A stretch of DNA of 64,000 nt from Nitrospirales bacterium (GTDB lineage: Bacteria; Nitrospirota; Nitrospiria; Nitrospirales; UBA8639): assembly GCA_965203295.1 (NCBI GenBank), contig CBDBCZ010000004.1, positions 1-64,000 of the forward strand, in the 5' to 3' direction. The number at the start of each line of letters is the position of its first letter. Position 1 is the stretch's first letter. Below the pieces are notes generated by a model that searched no databases, was not told the origin of the DNA, and worked only from the letters and a program-made list of their open reading frames with translations. Both the position numbers and the translations under genes were made by a program. Below, one piece after another: positions 1-14,029 of this stretch.

Positions 1-1014
1 TAGCTATTATGCCATTGTATGTACTGTCTTAAAGGCCATCCCTGAAATAAGGACACTTTTGTATTTAGGATACTTAGCCAAAAGTGTTTTCTTAATGTAA
101 ATATACGTAGCCCTGAAATGAGGACACCTCTCTATACAGGACACTTCACCAGGTCCCCAAGGTGTCCACATTAGACGGGTTCCACTGTAAACATGCTAGA
201 AACTCACTCTGTCTCCCTGTGCTCAGTGGAAATGAGAGCCTGAAAAGGAAAGATAACTGATATAAATGCTACGTATGCACAATTGTACGTACATCATGAA
301 GTACTTTACCTGCTTAGACATCAGCTTGGTGTGCAGGAGGTACCACAGACAGGCCACCAGAGGCTGGAAGGAGGGGGAAAGCTATATGGCAGGTACTAAA
401 TAGCTACATGTAGCAAACAAGTCTACATCACACAACGCCATAATGATATTTGTATTCCTGGTGGCGGGTTTGAAATTAAAGGGAGGGAGCAAGTGGAAGT
501 GACAGAAGAATTTGAAGGAGCTTGCATAAAAAGGGCGTGCACATGGCAGAGAAATATTAGATATGGTTAATACAAATACTATATGTATGCTGTGTTTAAT
601 ACATGTATGTACGTATACAAAACTCAAATTAATTAATTAATTAACCAAACCACACCTGGCTTTTACAATAGTTGGAAGGGCTGCCTCAGCAGTATATTTG
701 CTCTGCTCCAGCCTATACTGACAGCACCTGAAAAGCAGCTCTCCAATACAAACCTGTGTGAACAACAGCAATTGTGGAAAATGCATACAAATATATCCCT
801 TGCTAGGTCTACCATTTCACAATTTATTTAGTGACACTTCTTACTACACAAGAAATTTACATGTAAATGGTGGACCACACGGCTGGATGCAGTTTCATAT
901 ACACATATACATATGGCAGGTACTAAACAGCTACATGTAGCAACCAAGTCCACACGGAGTGAGCTGTGAAAAGCAAGACAGTGTTTTGTTGTAGTGTTAC
1001 TTAGCGCACAATAA

Positions 1015-1080
1015 TATGCTCATATCGCTGCTGCAGTGACCATGCCATTGACCACACACCCGCATATGCAGGCGGAGCTA
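1015..1080 (-). mobile_element. 3' tip of RTEX-like LINE
   Basis: gccattgaccacacacccgcatatgcaggcggagct matches the LINE 3' end at 54066-54100. Confidence 0.6.
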
Positions 1081-3433
1081 TATTATTATAGCTAGGATAA
1101 TGAACCATTACCTAGGTGGTCAAGGCTATTCACTTGCTACTGTCAAAGGTCCCATCATCCAAAACATTGCTGAAACCATTATTATGGATCTAATAATGAC
1201 CTACATGCACATATTATAACAAGGACAATTTGCATACTGAAAAGTATATTTTCAATTGAAGTGCACTTAACTGTAAGGGCAATACATTATTCCTTCTGGG
1301 CAGCTCACTTCACCTGCATCTCATGGCAGAAGTAAGGATAGGACCCCTGTGCCAGGCCACTTTGCAGAGTTGAGAGCATTCTTACGTACCATGCATGAGA
1401 GCACCCAATGTAGGCTAAGCCTCTTCCACATTTACAAGTTGAGCCTGTTATACTAAAAGCAAGCATGTACAAACTGCCTCACACAGCAACATGTCAACAT
1501 GTGAAATAGTGAGAATAACGTGTGGCTATCTCCACTTGTACATAAGCTACACAATGCTACAAACCTAAGAGCTGTAGCCCTCTCATTCTCTCTGTTGGCT
1601 GATGTTCATAAATCTCCAATTGTACGTAAGTTGGAACTATAGCTACGTAGCCTACCCTCTTAAAACAAATCGTATAGATCCCTGAGCAACAAATCGAGAT
1701 GGCATCTGTACATGTATCTCTGGCCAGAGACTACATGAGGTGCCATTTCCTCAAAAACATCATACATGCCTTAAGCTCGAGATTGTATTCCTATCATGTA
1801 AGCGTGGCTGACATACATATATTATACAAGCGCTGACTAAAATTCCATTTGCCTCATGCTAAGGTGCTTGGCAGTAAACAAAAAATATGTGTATGCTGTT
1901 GTTCAAATTGTTTGTTTTAGTTGGCTGATTGGCAGAGCTTGTTATTATAGTAACTGACTAGTGAAGCGAGTAATAGAAAGACCACATGTGTGTATGTATG
2001 TAAGTTCTGTGATTGTAAGAAAAAAGCTACATTCTTTTCCCTCTAAAGAAGTCCACTGCTATACGTACATAACTTTCAAGCTACAGTAGAAGCCTCAAAG
2101 GTGTGAGCTAAGGCACCCTAAGCAAAATGTGAGATACTGTTTGGGTGGGAGGCCTGGATACAAGATTAGACGCGAAAAATACAGGTCTAACATCTGTCAC
2201 ACTTTTGTACAAATAATGTCCTTACCCTTCTGCAGTAAGGTGTTTTCTGGTCACCACTGATAACACTGCAATGAAACACCAGACTATGTGGTCCTTGGTA
2301 GGCTTGTCCACAGGGGCTTTCCTCGCCAGTAGCTGCTCTAGCAACAATACTAGTGCACACTGGAACAGTAGGAAAGATGGGAAACATGAGTTCCGACAAT
2401 TATGCAATACCTGTGTAATATACACCTCCCCCATGTACAGGAGAGTAGCTTTTCAAAGATGGAGGCATACGCTTGGCCACCACGCCACTCACTGTATGCT
2501 AGGCTTGCCATTTGTAAGCTTACAGGCCAGACAAGTACGTGCCATGTTGGAGAAATTGGGAGCATTGTTCAGCACTGACGACACTGCGAAAGAACCTGCA
2601 TTTACGATTCTGCAGAATCATCACTGAATGAGCTCATACTCTCATGACTGCATGACCACAATGAGCTATGTATTCGGATGATATTTCACCTGGTTGGTCC
2701 AACAAAATAAAACTAATATCCAACTACATACTTTACTTACATGTACATAACTATTAAATTAGTAAAGGGCCATACTCTCGGCCACCATACGAATATTAGG
2801 TGAGGGCGAACGTGAATCTAAACGTGAATATGAACATGCACATGAACGCAAATACAAACACCAACATAAATGTGAAATGTATGGCCACTCTGCCAAATAG
2901 GTTACCGTTATTTTCTGCGATGTGTTAATTACGTTGTGACTTGCACTAAATTAATTGTAAAGCAGTGCTACATGTAGTTCCATATATATACACATAACTG
3001 ATTTAAATTACACACGCACTGCCAAGACAATTGACTCACTCTAACATGTTGTAAAATGTGTACACACTACATGGCAAGTGCAAAGGTATAGTTACCTTCT
3101 TAGTTTTCAGCCCAGTGAACTGTATAGAGCATGGCAGAGCTGATGTGCATTTAGAGGAGGGGGCTGGCAAATCTCATCAACAAAACGTCCAGACAATCTC
3201 CTACATTAGAATAAAAAGTTGAATTACAAGATTGGGCTATACCAGTTAATAAGGATCACCCCCATTGATGAGGAGCAATTTTGAGGACCTCCTGGGACAA
3301 ATCCCTGTAACCTCTGAATGCACGTCAATGCCTAATGATGAATAGCATCAACAGTGACTTCCAAGAAACTCCCAGTTGCTGACTGAAGGTACATTAACAT
3401 GCATCACTTTCTTCAGATGCAGAGTGCCAGAAT

Positions 3434-4180
3434 TTGTTTGTGCATCCGCACTTATCACATGCGCAATATATTACGTCATACGTACGTTACTATGCAACTG
3501 CAGTGTATAGCAGCTTTTGGAGGTTTACAGGCCAAGCTACAGCAAATGAAGGTAGTTGTGTTGCCTAGATGGCGAAAACTTGGTAGGCAGCCGTAAAGAT
3601 CCCGTTTTGTGGCGTATAGCTACTAACTGGGGGCACACAACAAAACTGCCAAGTCAGCACTTTTGCTGTACTGCGTTCTATAGTTGCAGCTAGGCTGAGT
3701 TGTGTGTATTGTACGGGAAAGGTGCCCAACTGTTTTTTACCAGCCGGAGCGCGCGAACGGCTGGTACTAAGATTGCTTTACGTTTTCCGCGTCTGTTTGT
3801 TTGTTTGTTTGTTTGTTTGTCTGTCTGTTTGTGCGTCCGCACTTATCACGTGCGCAATATATTACGTCATACGTTACTATGCAACTGCAGTGTACAGCAG
3901 CGTTTGGAGGTTTGCAGGCCAAGCTACAGCAAATGAAGGTAGTTTTGTGTTGCCTAGATGGCAAAAACGTGGTAGGTAGCCGTAAACATCTTGGCATATA
4001 GCTACTAACTGGAGGCGCATGACGAAACTGCTGAGTCAGCACTTTCGCTGTACCGCTCTAAGAATATAGTTTCTCTGGCTCTACAGCTGTAGTTTAGTAG
4101 CTTGGCCTACGCTGAGTTGTGTGTATTGTATGGGAAAGGTGTCCGGCTGGTTTTTTAGACATGAAACGTCAGATTTGTTT
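3434..4180 (+). mobile_element. HINE/DINE-1-like non-autonomous element, family A (partial copy 3434-3734 plus full copy 3735-4180)
   Basis: 5' hairpin accagccg-n-cggctggt, (GTTT/GTCT)n tract, 3' subterminal cggctggt and a gacat-gaa-a(c/t)gtc stem-loop. Near-identical copies at 9772-10218 (-) and 20585-21027 (+). Confidence 0.8.
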
Positions 4181-4654
4181 AGACATGAAATGTCAGCTGT
4201 ATGTACGGCAGCCTCAACACACCAGAATGAAGTAAAATGACTGTCTACCATACACAGATCCCTTCTATTCGTAGAGTACTCGTAGTCGATAGCACATGTA
4301 TATTCTTACACTTCTGCTGACAATACAGTGCAGCAGCTATATATGCAACGTCAATATCCCTTGTGATTCACGAGCAACTTGATTGTGCCATTTGCTGTCT
4401 GTCTTACTAACATACGCCTTGTCAAAACAATGCATAATATTGTACTTGCGGCCTAGCTCTGCATGGGAGAGGAACACACGCAAAACAACAGGAAGGTTTG
4501 CATAAGCATAATTTTCCAGGCACTGTATGCCACATCTATGTAAATAAGAAGACCGTGTGTGCGATAGAGAACAGGTGTCAAACTTGTGGGGCTCAATAAA
4601 TGCAGCAACTATCCATGCAACTACGCACCATGTATAACCTTCAGCTTATAATAT

Positions 4655-6040
4655 TACTTTGCCAAAAAGTGCAAAAACAAGTAATGTAGGGATGGACTTT
4701 CACCAAAAAACAGTTCCCCAAAAACCAATGAAACAAGCAACAATGCACATCGCAATGCGTGCACAAATAATCCACACATCACAGCGCAATGCGTAGCTAC
4801 CATCCCTACATCTTTCCAACCACACCCACCACAATCGCGTATATATATATATGTGAGATGTGAATACATCTTTCCAACCACATCCACCACAATCCGTACC
4901 TTGCCCCCATACTGAACTGCACACCCAATACTTCCTTCAACACACACAACCATCCACAATCATCACTATCATATATATACCACCCTTACATCCTTATCCA
5001 CAATCATTACATAGCTACATCATAAAACACAGCACCCCACACTACTGTAACAGCCAACCCAATCCTTCAACAGGAACGCTAGCTACTTCCATCAAAATTC
5101 ACTTCGCTCCACGAATCCCACATTCACAAGCACAAACCAAGCAGAGCAATTTCTCACAACATCAACCACCATACAACACACTCAACAAAGTTGATCTATA
5201 CTTTACCAAACACACCCACATAGACTTCCCCTATAAAGAACCTGCACACACAAACACTCACAAAACTTCATCACACTCAACAACCAAACACAACCAAAGT
5301 CCCTCTACAAACATGACTCCACCCTCAATGACTCACTAGTCCAACATGTACACCATGAACACATTCAGCTACCCTCCACAACCTCCAACACACACAGTCA
5401 TTAGAAATACACACACACCAAATTACACTACAACTATTGGTGAAAGTCCATCCCTACATTACTTGTTTTTGCACTTTTTGGCAAAGTGCTTTTTCTGTAA
5501 CTTGTTTTGAGCGTTTTTTTTGGGAAGTGGTAACAAATGTGTATGTGTAAATGTGTGCAGTAGATGGTATTGGAATGGAATGTGTTTGAGGATGTGTGTA
5601 GTATTGGTTTCGATTTGTACTCTAGTCAGCATTAGGAAGGCTTTCGCCTGCATGTGCACGGGGGGGGAGGTCTCTTGTCAAGGTCAGCTATGTAACTGGC
5701 ACGTGAGGCTGCCTATTTCTTGTCAGGGTCAACACTATTCCCGTATTGGAATCTTTTTATCGCTTCACTCATTATTGTGCTAGTTTGACTGAATTAAGGA
5801 TTATCTGATAAGATGAAGATAGACCATTGGGCGGTTTTAACCACTTGCTGCTTTGGTACTTCAAAGATGTTCTTTAGCTGTGCTAACAGCCTGGTTAGTG
5901 ACGATAACGCTCCAAAATAAGTGGTACATAGGCTTCATATTGCGGTCCTAGACTACACCTACAGCAGAGTACTATAAACATGTCATTTTAATGGGGAGGC
6001 CAGGGCCATCCCTACATATGGAGTAGTAACGTACTCCAGG
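4655..6040 (+). mobile_element. HINE-like element, family C, with CA-rich interior
   Basis: Left end aaaaagtgcaaaaacaagtaatgtagggatgg, its inverted copy at ~5446-5487, and right end ccatccctacatatggagta-n-tactcc (subTIR plus hairpin). Homologous to 51083-54025 and 6960-7397. Confidence 0.65.
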
Positions 6041-6073
6041 ATGTTGAACTGCAAATTATCACCAAGGACAATG

Positions 6074-6501
6074 ATATGTGAGCGAATTTGAGAAAAGGGG
6101 TATTATCGCTCGGACGAAAAAATTTTCATTATGCATACCAAGTGAAAGTACGTTAAATAAGCTACAACATAACGTTCGTTGCGCTTCCATAGCAGCTACC
6201 GTTCCTGAGATACGGGCGGATTCGTATCCTCATGTTGTGAATATCATTATTGAGAAAACAGCGTCTAAACGTTGACTTCCGGGTAATTTTCTGAAGCCGT
6301 AAATTCATTGAACGACTCGTTTTATTGGAAAGAAGCGTTTCCTGGAGCTCATACTTAGCAACCAGGTAGGGGAAAGCCCGGCGCTAACTGTGATGTCATA
6401 ATCTTACTTTTCGATATTCATGACAGGATGCAAAAAAACGCGTGTACAGCATAATAACGTATTGCGCGATAATACCCCTTTTCTCAAATTCGCTCACATA
6501 T
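6074..6501. mobile_element. MITE with ~36-bp terminal inverted repeats
   Basis: atatgtgagcgaatttgagaaaaggggtattatcgc ... gcgataataccccttttctcaaattcgctcacatat. Confidence 0.85.
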
Positions 6502-6959
6502 GTATTGCAGTTTCTAATGTCACAAAGACAAATAGCTGCCTGCCTCCTCCAGTAGAGTAAGTGAGGGGGTGTCCGGACAGTAGGGGTTGTTCGGACACCA
6601 AGGCTTATCTGCCTGTGCTCGTATTTAACAGCAAATTTATTTCGTTCGGTGGGCCTTTCTGTCTGCCCTTGTTATGTATTGTGAGCTACTGTTTCCTTGT
6701 GTATGTCCGGACAATTCCATGCACCCTTTGGACACCCCCTTACTTCAGTAGCTAGCTACCCCACTACTAAAATAATACTATCAGCCATGTGAGTAAGTGT
6801 ATTGTAGCTAAATTTTCGGGTGACTTACAAAGTGATGAACCAGGAGATGCAGCTCAGGCCCGGACAGCTGGCACGATCAAAGGTAGGCGTTAAATAAACA
6901 ACACGCGAAAGGGGCGGTTACTAAATTCCGAAACCGAACGGAACAGAACAGTAGTCATT

Positions 6960-7397
6960 AAATGGCGTAAAACGACAAGCGTCACCTCGAGAGTACTCGT
7001 GAATCACTGCTGAACCTGTTCGGTTTCTTTGAAAACGTTATGCTACGAGTGCAATACCCCGGGGAATATCTAGCTTGTTCGCGCTTGAATCATTGTGATA
7101 GCTTCTGCCATTATTGTGCTAGCCTGGCTGAAGAAAGAAACAAAGAAGAAGATGTACCATTACGCCCCGCCCCCCGAGTGTAGCGACTTGCCGGTCTGGT
7201 ACTCCAGCGAAGCTTTCTAGCACCGCTAACAGCCTTGTTGCTGATGGAAACGCTCGAGATGTCATGGTATGGCTCATAAAAGCCTATGACTATAATCAGA
7301 GCCGAGTTCTGAGTGTATGATTTTGTACGCGTTCTATAGGGCCGCCATTTTTTCCCCGTGCCATCCCTACATATGGAGTACTACCGTACTCCATGAT
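6960..7397 (+). mobile_element. 3' part of family C HINE-like element
   Basis: Alignable by eye to 53605-54025; ends ccatccctacatatggagtactaccgtactccatga. Confidence 0.7.
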
Positions 7398-8545
7398 AGG
7401 GAAGTTCAGAGATATCTCATTTCAAATGCAGTGATGCAATCAACGAGACGGAATAATGTTCGTTTTTGTACATATGGTTGTAAAAAAGGTCTGCATGGAG
7501 ATCTGGGTACAAACCTACCTCCCAAAATAGTGAGAAATCAATATTAATGCTAGCACGTACGATTCATTGGTCTGAGATACAACAGGCTCACATGACAGAC
7601 AGGAACAGCAGAGTCACATGTTCAGGTGAGTGGGCCTCCAACAACTGTGGGTCTAGAGGCCCTAGTACACTGCCTGCTTCTCCATCAGCCTACAAGGGAG
7701 TTGGGGGGGGGAGGGAACAATGCTGAGAACACGCCCAACACGTCAGCTCATGCACATCATACACGTTACGTAGATTACGTATCAAGCGTCTGCCACGTAT
7801 TTAGCACACAATCCCCTCTTCAGGGTCAACTTTCTGCAAGGGGTATGTTTATGCACGTAGTTTCCGCCCACTGAAGCAGGTTACAAATGCATGATACAAG
7901 GTAAATATAGCCTTCTTTGCCAAGCCTTAGAATGAAAGCATGTTTATTAGAATAGTTATAAATATTAGCATGCAAGTGGCTAGCTGACTTACCATTTGTA
8001 TACACTGCCAAGTGTCAAGATAAGGCTGGAAAAAGGGGGCGTATGTACTAGATAAACCACGCCACCCAGGGCTGTATGGGTTAGCTAATTAGAGTACACT
8101 AGGGCAATAAAAGCCCAGAGGGCAATAACAATTAGAGCATGAGAGCAAGCCCTTAGCCCAAGGGCTCTAATTGTTATTGCACTCTAATTGTTATTGCAGG
8201 AGTGTACTCCAAAATCCATACTGCCTGCAGGCAGCGTGGTTTAACTGATTTGTAGCCCAATGGCTTCTGTCAGCTTGAGGTACATGTAGTACAACACTGA
8301 GCATGTGCAAGTTGTAATCAGCTGTCACTGTTACGTAATCAGTGCTGGATGGTGCGCATGCAGTGAGTAAGTCCTAGACCACAGGGCAATATATATATAT
8401 TGCCCCAACCGCAGGGCAATATGAGCGCACTCAAGGCTCTATGGCATATATTGCCCTACCCTGCCCTGCCCTACTGCATATATTGCCCTGCCCTGCCCTG
8501 TCGGTACCTTTGTTCCACCCACGCAAAGGGCTACAAAATTAATAA

Positions 8546-10440
8546 ACTAGTGATATGCAGGGCATAGTGGGGCGAGCCTTCGCGAAGTATGCAGCATGTA
8601 ACAGAAATGTGATGACAAAGTGAGCAAAGTATACAATCCATGTGCACAAATGTTTCAGAATCATTTCTTTCTGTCTGTTCTGTGCTCTATTTCAGAGCGT
8701 CTAGCTGCAGCCTGCAGGCGATCATTGTAGTGCACAAAGTGCAATGGATCTTTTCAATGAAAGTCAGGTATATAGTGTCTTTATTCTGTGGAAGTGTGGC
8801 CGTAAAAGAATGAAGAAGACATCTGCGGTTCTCTCTGTCGTGTTGCAGCCTAGCCTCCGTCTCAACTGCAATCTCAGTAGATTGTCTCTCCCTGCGGTTC
8901 TCTCGGTCACGTTGGAGCCTAGCCTCTGTCTCAGCTGCGGTCTCAGTAGATCGTCTCTCCCTGTGGCCCTGTCTGTCACGTTGCAGCCTAGTCTCCGTCT
9001 CTGCTGCAGTCTCAGTAGATCGTCTGTCCTGCTGTGAAATTCGCATGTGTTGCAGCCTGGCCTCTCTCTCTTCTTCAGCCTCGCCAGAGAGCCTGTCCCT
9101 CATCCCCTGTAGCCTGGCCTCCCTCTCTTCATCGGTCTCACAAAAGAGCCTGTCCCTCATCCTTTGCAGCCTGGCCTCCCTCTCTTCATCGGTCTCACCA
9201 GAGAGTCTGTCCCTCATCCTTTGCAGCCTGGCCTCCCTCTCTTCATCGGTCTCACCAGAGAGTCTGTCCCTCATCCTTTGCAGCCTGGCATCCCTCTCTT
9301 CGACAGTCTCATCGGAGAGCCTGTCCCTCCTTCCTTGCAGCCTGGCCTCTCTTGCTTCGACGGGCTCAGAATGCAGACGCTCCCTCCTTCGCTGCAGAAT
9401 AGCGTCTCTTTTCTCGGCAGCCTGAGTACGTCGTCGAGCCCTGTCCCTTTCTCTCCGATTTCTTAACCTTTAATAGTAATAATAAGCTCATAAAATTAGC
9501 AAGAGCTCTTAGTAGCACGACATTGGTCTTACAACAAACCTTGCTTCCCTTTGTTCTGCAGTTTCAGAACGACGGCGGTCCCTCTCACGCTCTCTCAGTC
9601 TACGAAGCCTCTCCTCTCTCGCTGTTTCGGAAAATTGTTGCGATGACTCCTCTCTGTCCAGAAGCGCTTCTGAAGATGACGAAGTATCCATGCTGACAGT
9701 TGCACAATTTGAGCAAAGCAGTGAAGTATCGCAAAGTATAGTCTTGAAAAAAATTCAAAACTGAAGTCTCGAAAACAAGTCTGACATTTCATGTCTAAAA
9801 AACCAGCCGGACGCCTTTCCCGTACAATACACACAACTCAGCTTAGACCAAGCTATTAAACTACGGTTGTAGAGCCAGAGATACTATATTCTTAGAACGG
9901 TACAGCGAAAGTGCTGACTCAGCAGTCTCGTCATGCGCCTCCAGTCAGTAGCTATACGCCACCAAAACAGGATCTTTACGACTACCTACCACGTTTTCGC
10001 CATCTAGGCAACACAAAACTACCTTCATTTGCTGTAGCTTGGCCCGCAAACCTCCAAAAGCTGCTATACACTGCAGTAGCATAGTAACGTATGACGTAAT
10101 ATATTGCGCAAGTGATAAGTGCGGACGCACAAACAAACAGACAGACAAACAAACAAACAGACGCGGAAAACGTAAATCAATCTTAGTACCAGCCGGAGCG
10201 CGCGAACGGCTGGTAAAAATTCAAAACTGAAGTTTGCACGTGATCCAGTGGCTTTTATGTCACCGATGTCGCCTAGGCTACGCATTTTGCTAAATTATGA
10301 TTATTTTGCTAAATTAGAATTTGCATATATTCGGCAAGACGTACGTACCACGATAATAATAATACAGACGGACAGACAGACAGAGAGATTATGCGCAGCC
10401 AAGTCGCTAAGTTTGGGGCTCGCTCAGGCTTGCCCCAATA
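8546..10440 (-). mobile_element. Deleted Helentron/Helitron-like derivative (family D) with EEREARL repeat ORF; family A element nested at 9772-10218
   Basis: Ends ttggggcaagcctgagcgagcccc (10440 side, minus) and ggctcgcccca...ctagt (8546 side). ORF 8687-9274 has ~19-aa repeats SGETDEEREARLQRMRDRL, like the charged N-termini of Rep-helicase proteins. Confidence 0.6.
9772..10218 (-). mobile_element. HINE-like family A copy
   Basis: Reverse complement of 3735-4180. Confidence 0.8.
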
Positions 10441-12100
10441 AAATGATTGGCATGAAGGAGGTGTCACAGAGGGACGAAACTTCTACCATGTGATCTTTGG
10501 GTGATGACAAAAATATGTGGGGTTTCTCTATTTTCAGTTTCTGTGAGGAGTATGGCCAAAACAAAACTATACACAATTCATATGGGGCTTTATGGAGGCA
10601 CGTGTTCAAATGACGCCTCAGGCGGCTACACGCATGCCATCTTCAAACCTGCGGTGCAACAAGGGGGAGAGATCTGGACAAGTCCACCACATATTTTTAC
10701 CAAGGGAGGCTTACTACTGCTCCCAGGTTAGTAGAATTTATGTAGCTTCAGTATAAGCAGAGATATCAGCGCTAGAAACGGACTGCACGATCGAGCGATG
10801 CGGATGTGATTTCCAAGCAGCACAACTTGTCTCTCCACTCCTGTACCAGCCATGGCTGACCCTTGATACTATGCTGCACGCAGACATGCCAAAACCAGAT
10901 GCTTTTCGTAGCTCAGCATACCATTGCCAACAATTTAATATTTACATGTTGTCGAGCGACAGCCTGGCTTGCGAAAACATCCCAGTTTCTCCACGCCCAG
11001 GACGTGGTTCACGCATTATTATTTCGTCGCTATTCTTGCAACAGGCTGAGTCGCGAAAATACCCGCACTTAAATACACCTGCAGTTATGCTCACTCGCTG
11101 TACTTACACTTGGCAGTGTGGTTAGGACTAGATTCCATAAAATTTTATGGCTTGATTCTGCTCACCACACTTTAGTTATAACTTTAGTAGCACACACTTA
11201 GGGTTTTGGCGTACCTTTCTGCGATCATCATCCTGGTCCATCTTCCCCCAAGAGAATTGAAAGTGAGAGGGGTAGACTGGGAACTGCAGCTCATTATCAA
11301 GCCACTGTTGGTCTAGCTTGGCAAGGTCTGAAGAACAAAGAGTAAAGACCAGCACACTATAGGTACATGTATACCCTTCATATCAATAACATAATAGTTG
11401 AGGGCTTGATTAAGTTAACACAAGAAGTGCTGCACAGTTACTGCTGCAATAGATACGATTGCCAGCAGTAGAGGTACACCATATGCCGGGTTTTAATTGT
11501 AAGGTTTAAATAATTGTGAATTAGGAGTTCATCTCAAACATTAGAACACAAACAGGTGTAACGCTATATGCGTATGCAATTATTAAATACGAAATTTGTC
11601 TTCAAAACCTGGAAATGCAATGTTTTTTTACTATGCAACCATAACCTGACCTACGGTATGACCCAACGTACCCACTTTATCCAAGCACAGAATGAGTCAC
11701 TATACATACGTACATGTATAAACACAGCCCAGTGTTAAGCCATTGCATGCAGATAGTTCCACAGCTATCAGCCCTGCATGCAAAATCACAAATCACAAAT
11801 CACATAAGCGTAAACCAGTGCAGAGCAAGGTCTAAGTAATAACAGCACAAACCTGAGGCAAGGTGAATAAACTCTTCCATCATGTAGCTAAACAATGGAT
11901 GATCTCTCGACTTTGCCAACTGCATAAAAGCGACGAAAAGTTCTTACGCTAGGCTTACATTGATACATGTAAATATTAAATTTGTATGAGTCAACCACAC
12001 TCCCAAGTGTAAACACTACAGGCGAGCAAAGATGTGAGTGAATATAGATACAGGTGAGCAAACAAACAGGTGTATATTCCTACACTTACATGTGGATATT

Positions 12101-12691
12101 ACCGTATAGCGCTTAAATTTTCGCGGGTCTTTAATTTCATAAATTTCGCAAATTATGAACGATTCGCAAAATTATTTCAATGAAAATTTTTACACTTTCG
12201 CATAGATAGTAGAGTGCATAGACCATAGATAATAGGCGTGCTCTATTCTCTATGCATATAGACATACTAACTATCATTTCGGTACTTCAACAGCGTGGAT
12301 AGACAGTATCCGGGGTCCAAGTTGCCATATCCGCAAGGAGCGCTCTCCAAACAAGTGTCCTTCGACATCTGCGATTTTTGCGGCAAACAGCGAAGTCGCT
12401 GTACTCATCTGCCGATGCGAAGGTCAGGGGAGCATACCTGAGAATGAGCGCGAAGAAGGCCAAAATTGGAAAGCGAGCAGCAGAGCATGGAGCGCTAGCT
12501 ACAGTTCGCTACTAAGCTTCCTGTAAATCTGTGCGCATTAGTTATTTAGTTACTCAGGAACGCTCTGCCCATAAATTCCTTAGTACACGGGTGTGGTGTA
12601 TTAGAGCGAATTCGTGAAATTATTTCAACGAAATGTTCAGAAACGACCATTCGCAAATTTTTAGACCCGCCAAATTTAAGCGCTATACGGT
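12101..12691. mobile_element. MITE, possibly Tc1/mariner-like
   Basis: TIRs accgtatagcgcttaaattt..gcgggtct / agacccgc..aaatttaagcgctatacggt. Confidence 0.75.
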
Positions 12692-14029
12692 GTTATTATA
12701 CTTATGCTATACAAACTTTGCTCTAGGTGTGCACCCTCAACTACTTTATAGCCATTACCATCCGTAATAGCATCATTCCCATGCCTTCCCTGCATGCTTA
12801 TGTCTTTGTGTGTATGAGGAAGGCCTGGGAACTACAGTAGGCTACTTTCATGTAAGTTTGCATATTACTACTGGTATCATGAAATAGGGGAGGGCCTGTC
12901 ATCATGAGTAATTTTCAAGGTAGAGTGAGGGTATAACGATTATGTAATCGTAGCTGACATTTTAACTACATGGCCAGATTGCTTCCTCATGCCAAGGCAC
13001 TCCACAACTACTAAATGATGACTAAACTTGTTTACACTGCTCCACCTATAAATGAGTATGTTTGCTACTCACCTGCAGAATGCCATCCAGACACTCAGCA
13101 ATTCTCTGGTGCAGCCCTTCACATTCTGGCAGAGCTAGCAGCTTCAGGAGACAGCTGAACAGCCACAAAACAAACTCTACACAAAGGAATATCAACACAT
13201 TATGTAACTTTACCACCAAAAAGTGCAAAACGCTGTCATGTATGGATGAACTTCCACAAAAACAAAGGAAACAAACTATAACTCACACCGCAATATGTTC
13301 ACAGACTACCTACTCATCACAGTGCAATATACATTACACAGTAGCTACAAATCACAGTGCAGTGGGTTTATGGAGACCATCCTGGCAATTGAAGATGTAG
13401 GGAGGATGGCTTCGTGGCACGTGTTTAAGATACCGTCCTCACCAAGTTACAAGGATTCTAACTTTGTAATGCAGGTGCATGAACCATCAAGTCAATCACT
13501 GTGTTTTACCAAGGTTGTCTTACTGCAGCTCCAATACCACTAGAGCTTGAGTAGCCTCTGTTTAAGCAGTGGAGATGTAACAGCCCGACGGTGTCGTGGC
13601 AAATCAAACAGGAGCAAAGCCCGGTGACTCTGTGTCAACCATAGCTGGACCTTGGAAGTATGTTTCAGACAGAGACATCCATTTACTGAAAACGTAGTCA
13701 CGTTGTCGCGTGTCTTTCTATCTTCACACATATTCTAGTGGGTGTGGTCAACTCTCCACGTGTCTCTGCATCAGGCCTCCACTGTGCATGCGTATGTCTA
13801 GTACCAAACGATACTACGTAGCAGTGGGGCCTGGGGCCTGGAGCATGCTGCTACGTACATGTACATATAGCAATTATCTGTCTGTTGATTAACTATGTAG
13901 GTAAATACATGGCATTGTGGGTTGAGCATGAGCTGAGGGAGTGCAGGGTATTTGATCAATTCAGTTGGAGTCTGTCTTGCTGCCTATTAGCTGTCTAGTG
14001 CCTCTCTGCTTTGACGTCTCAGGAGATTG

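Noticed and set aside
4860..5339. His/Thr/Pro-rich ORFs here and at 51392-52347
   Set aside because: By-products of CA/GT-biased low-complexity DNA; no domain motifs or splice structure.
9034..9466. Plus-strand Ser/Leu/Pro-repeat ORFs
   Set aside because: Antisense shadows of the EEREARL repeat.
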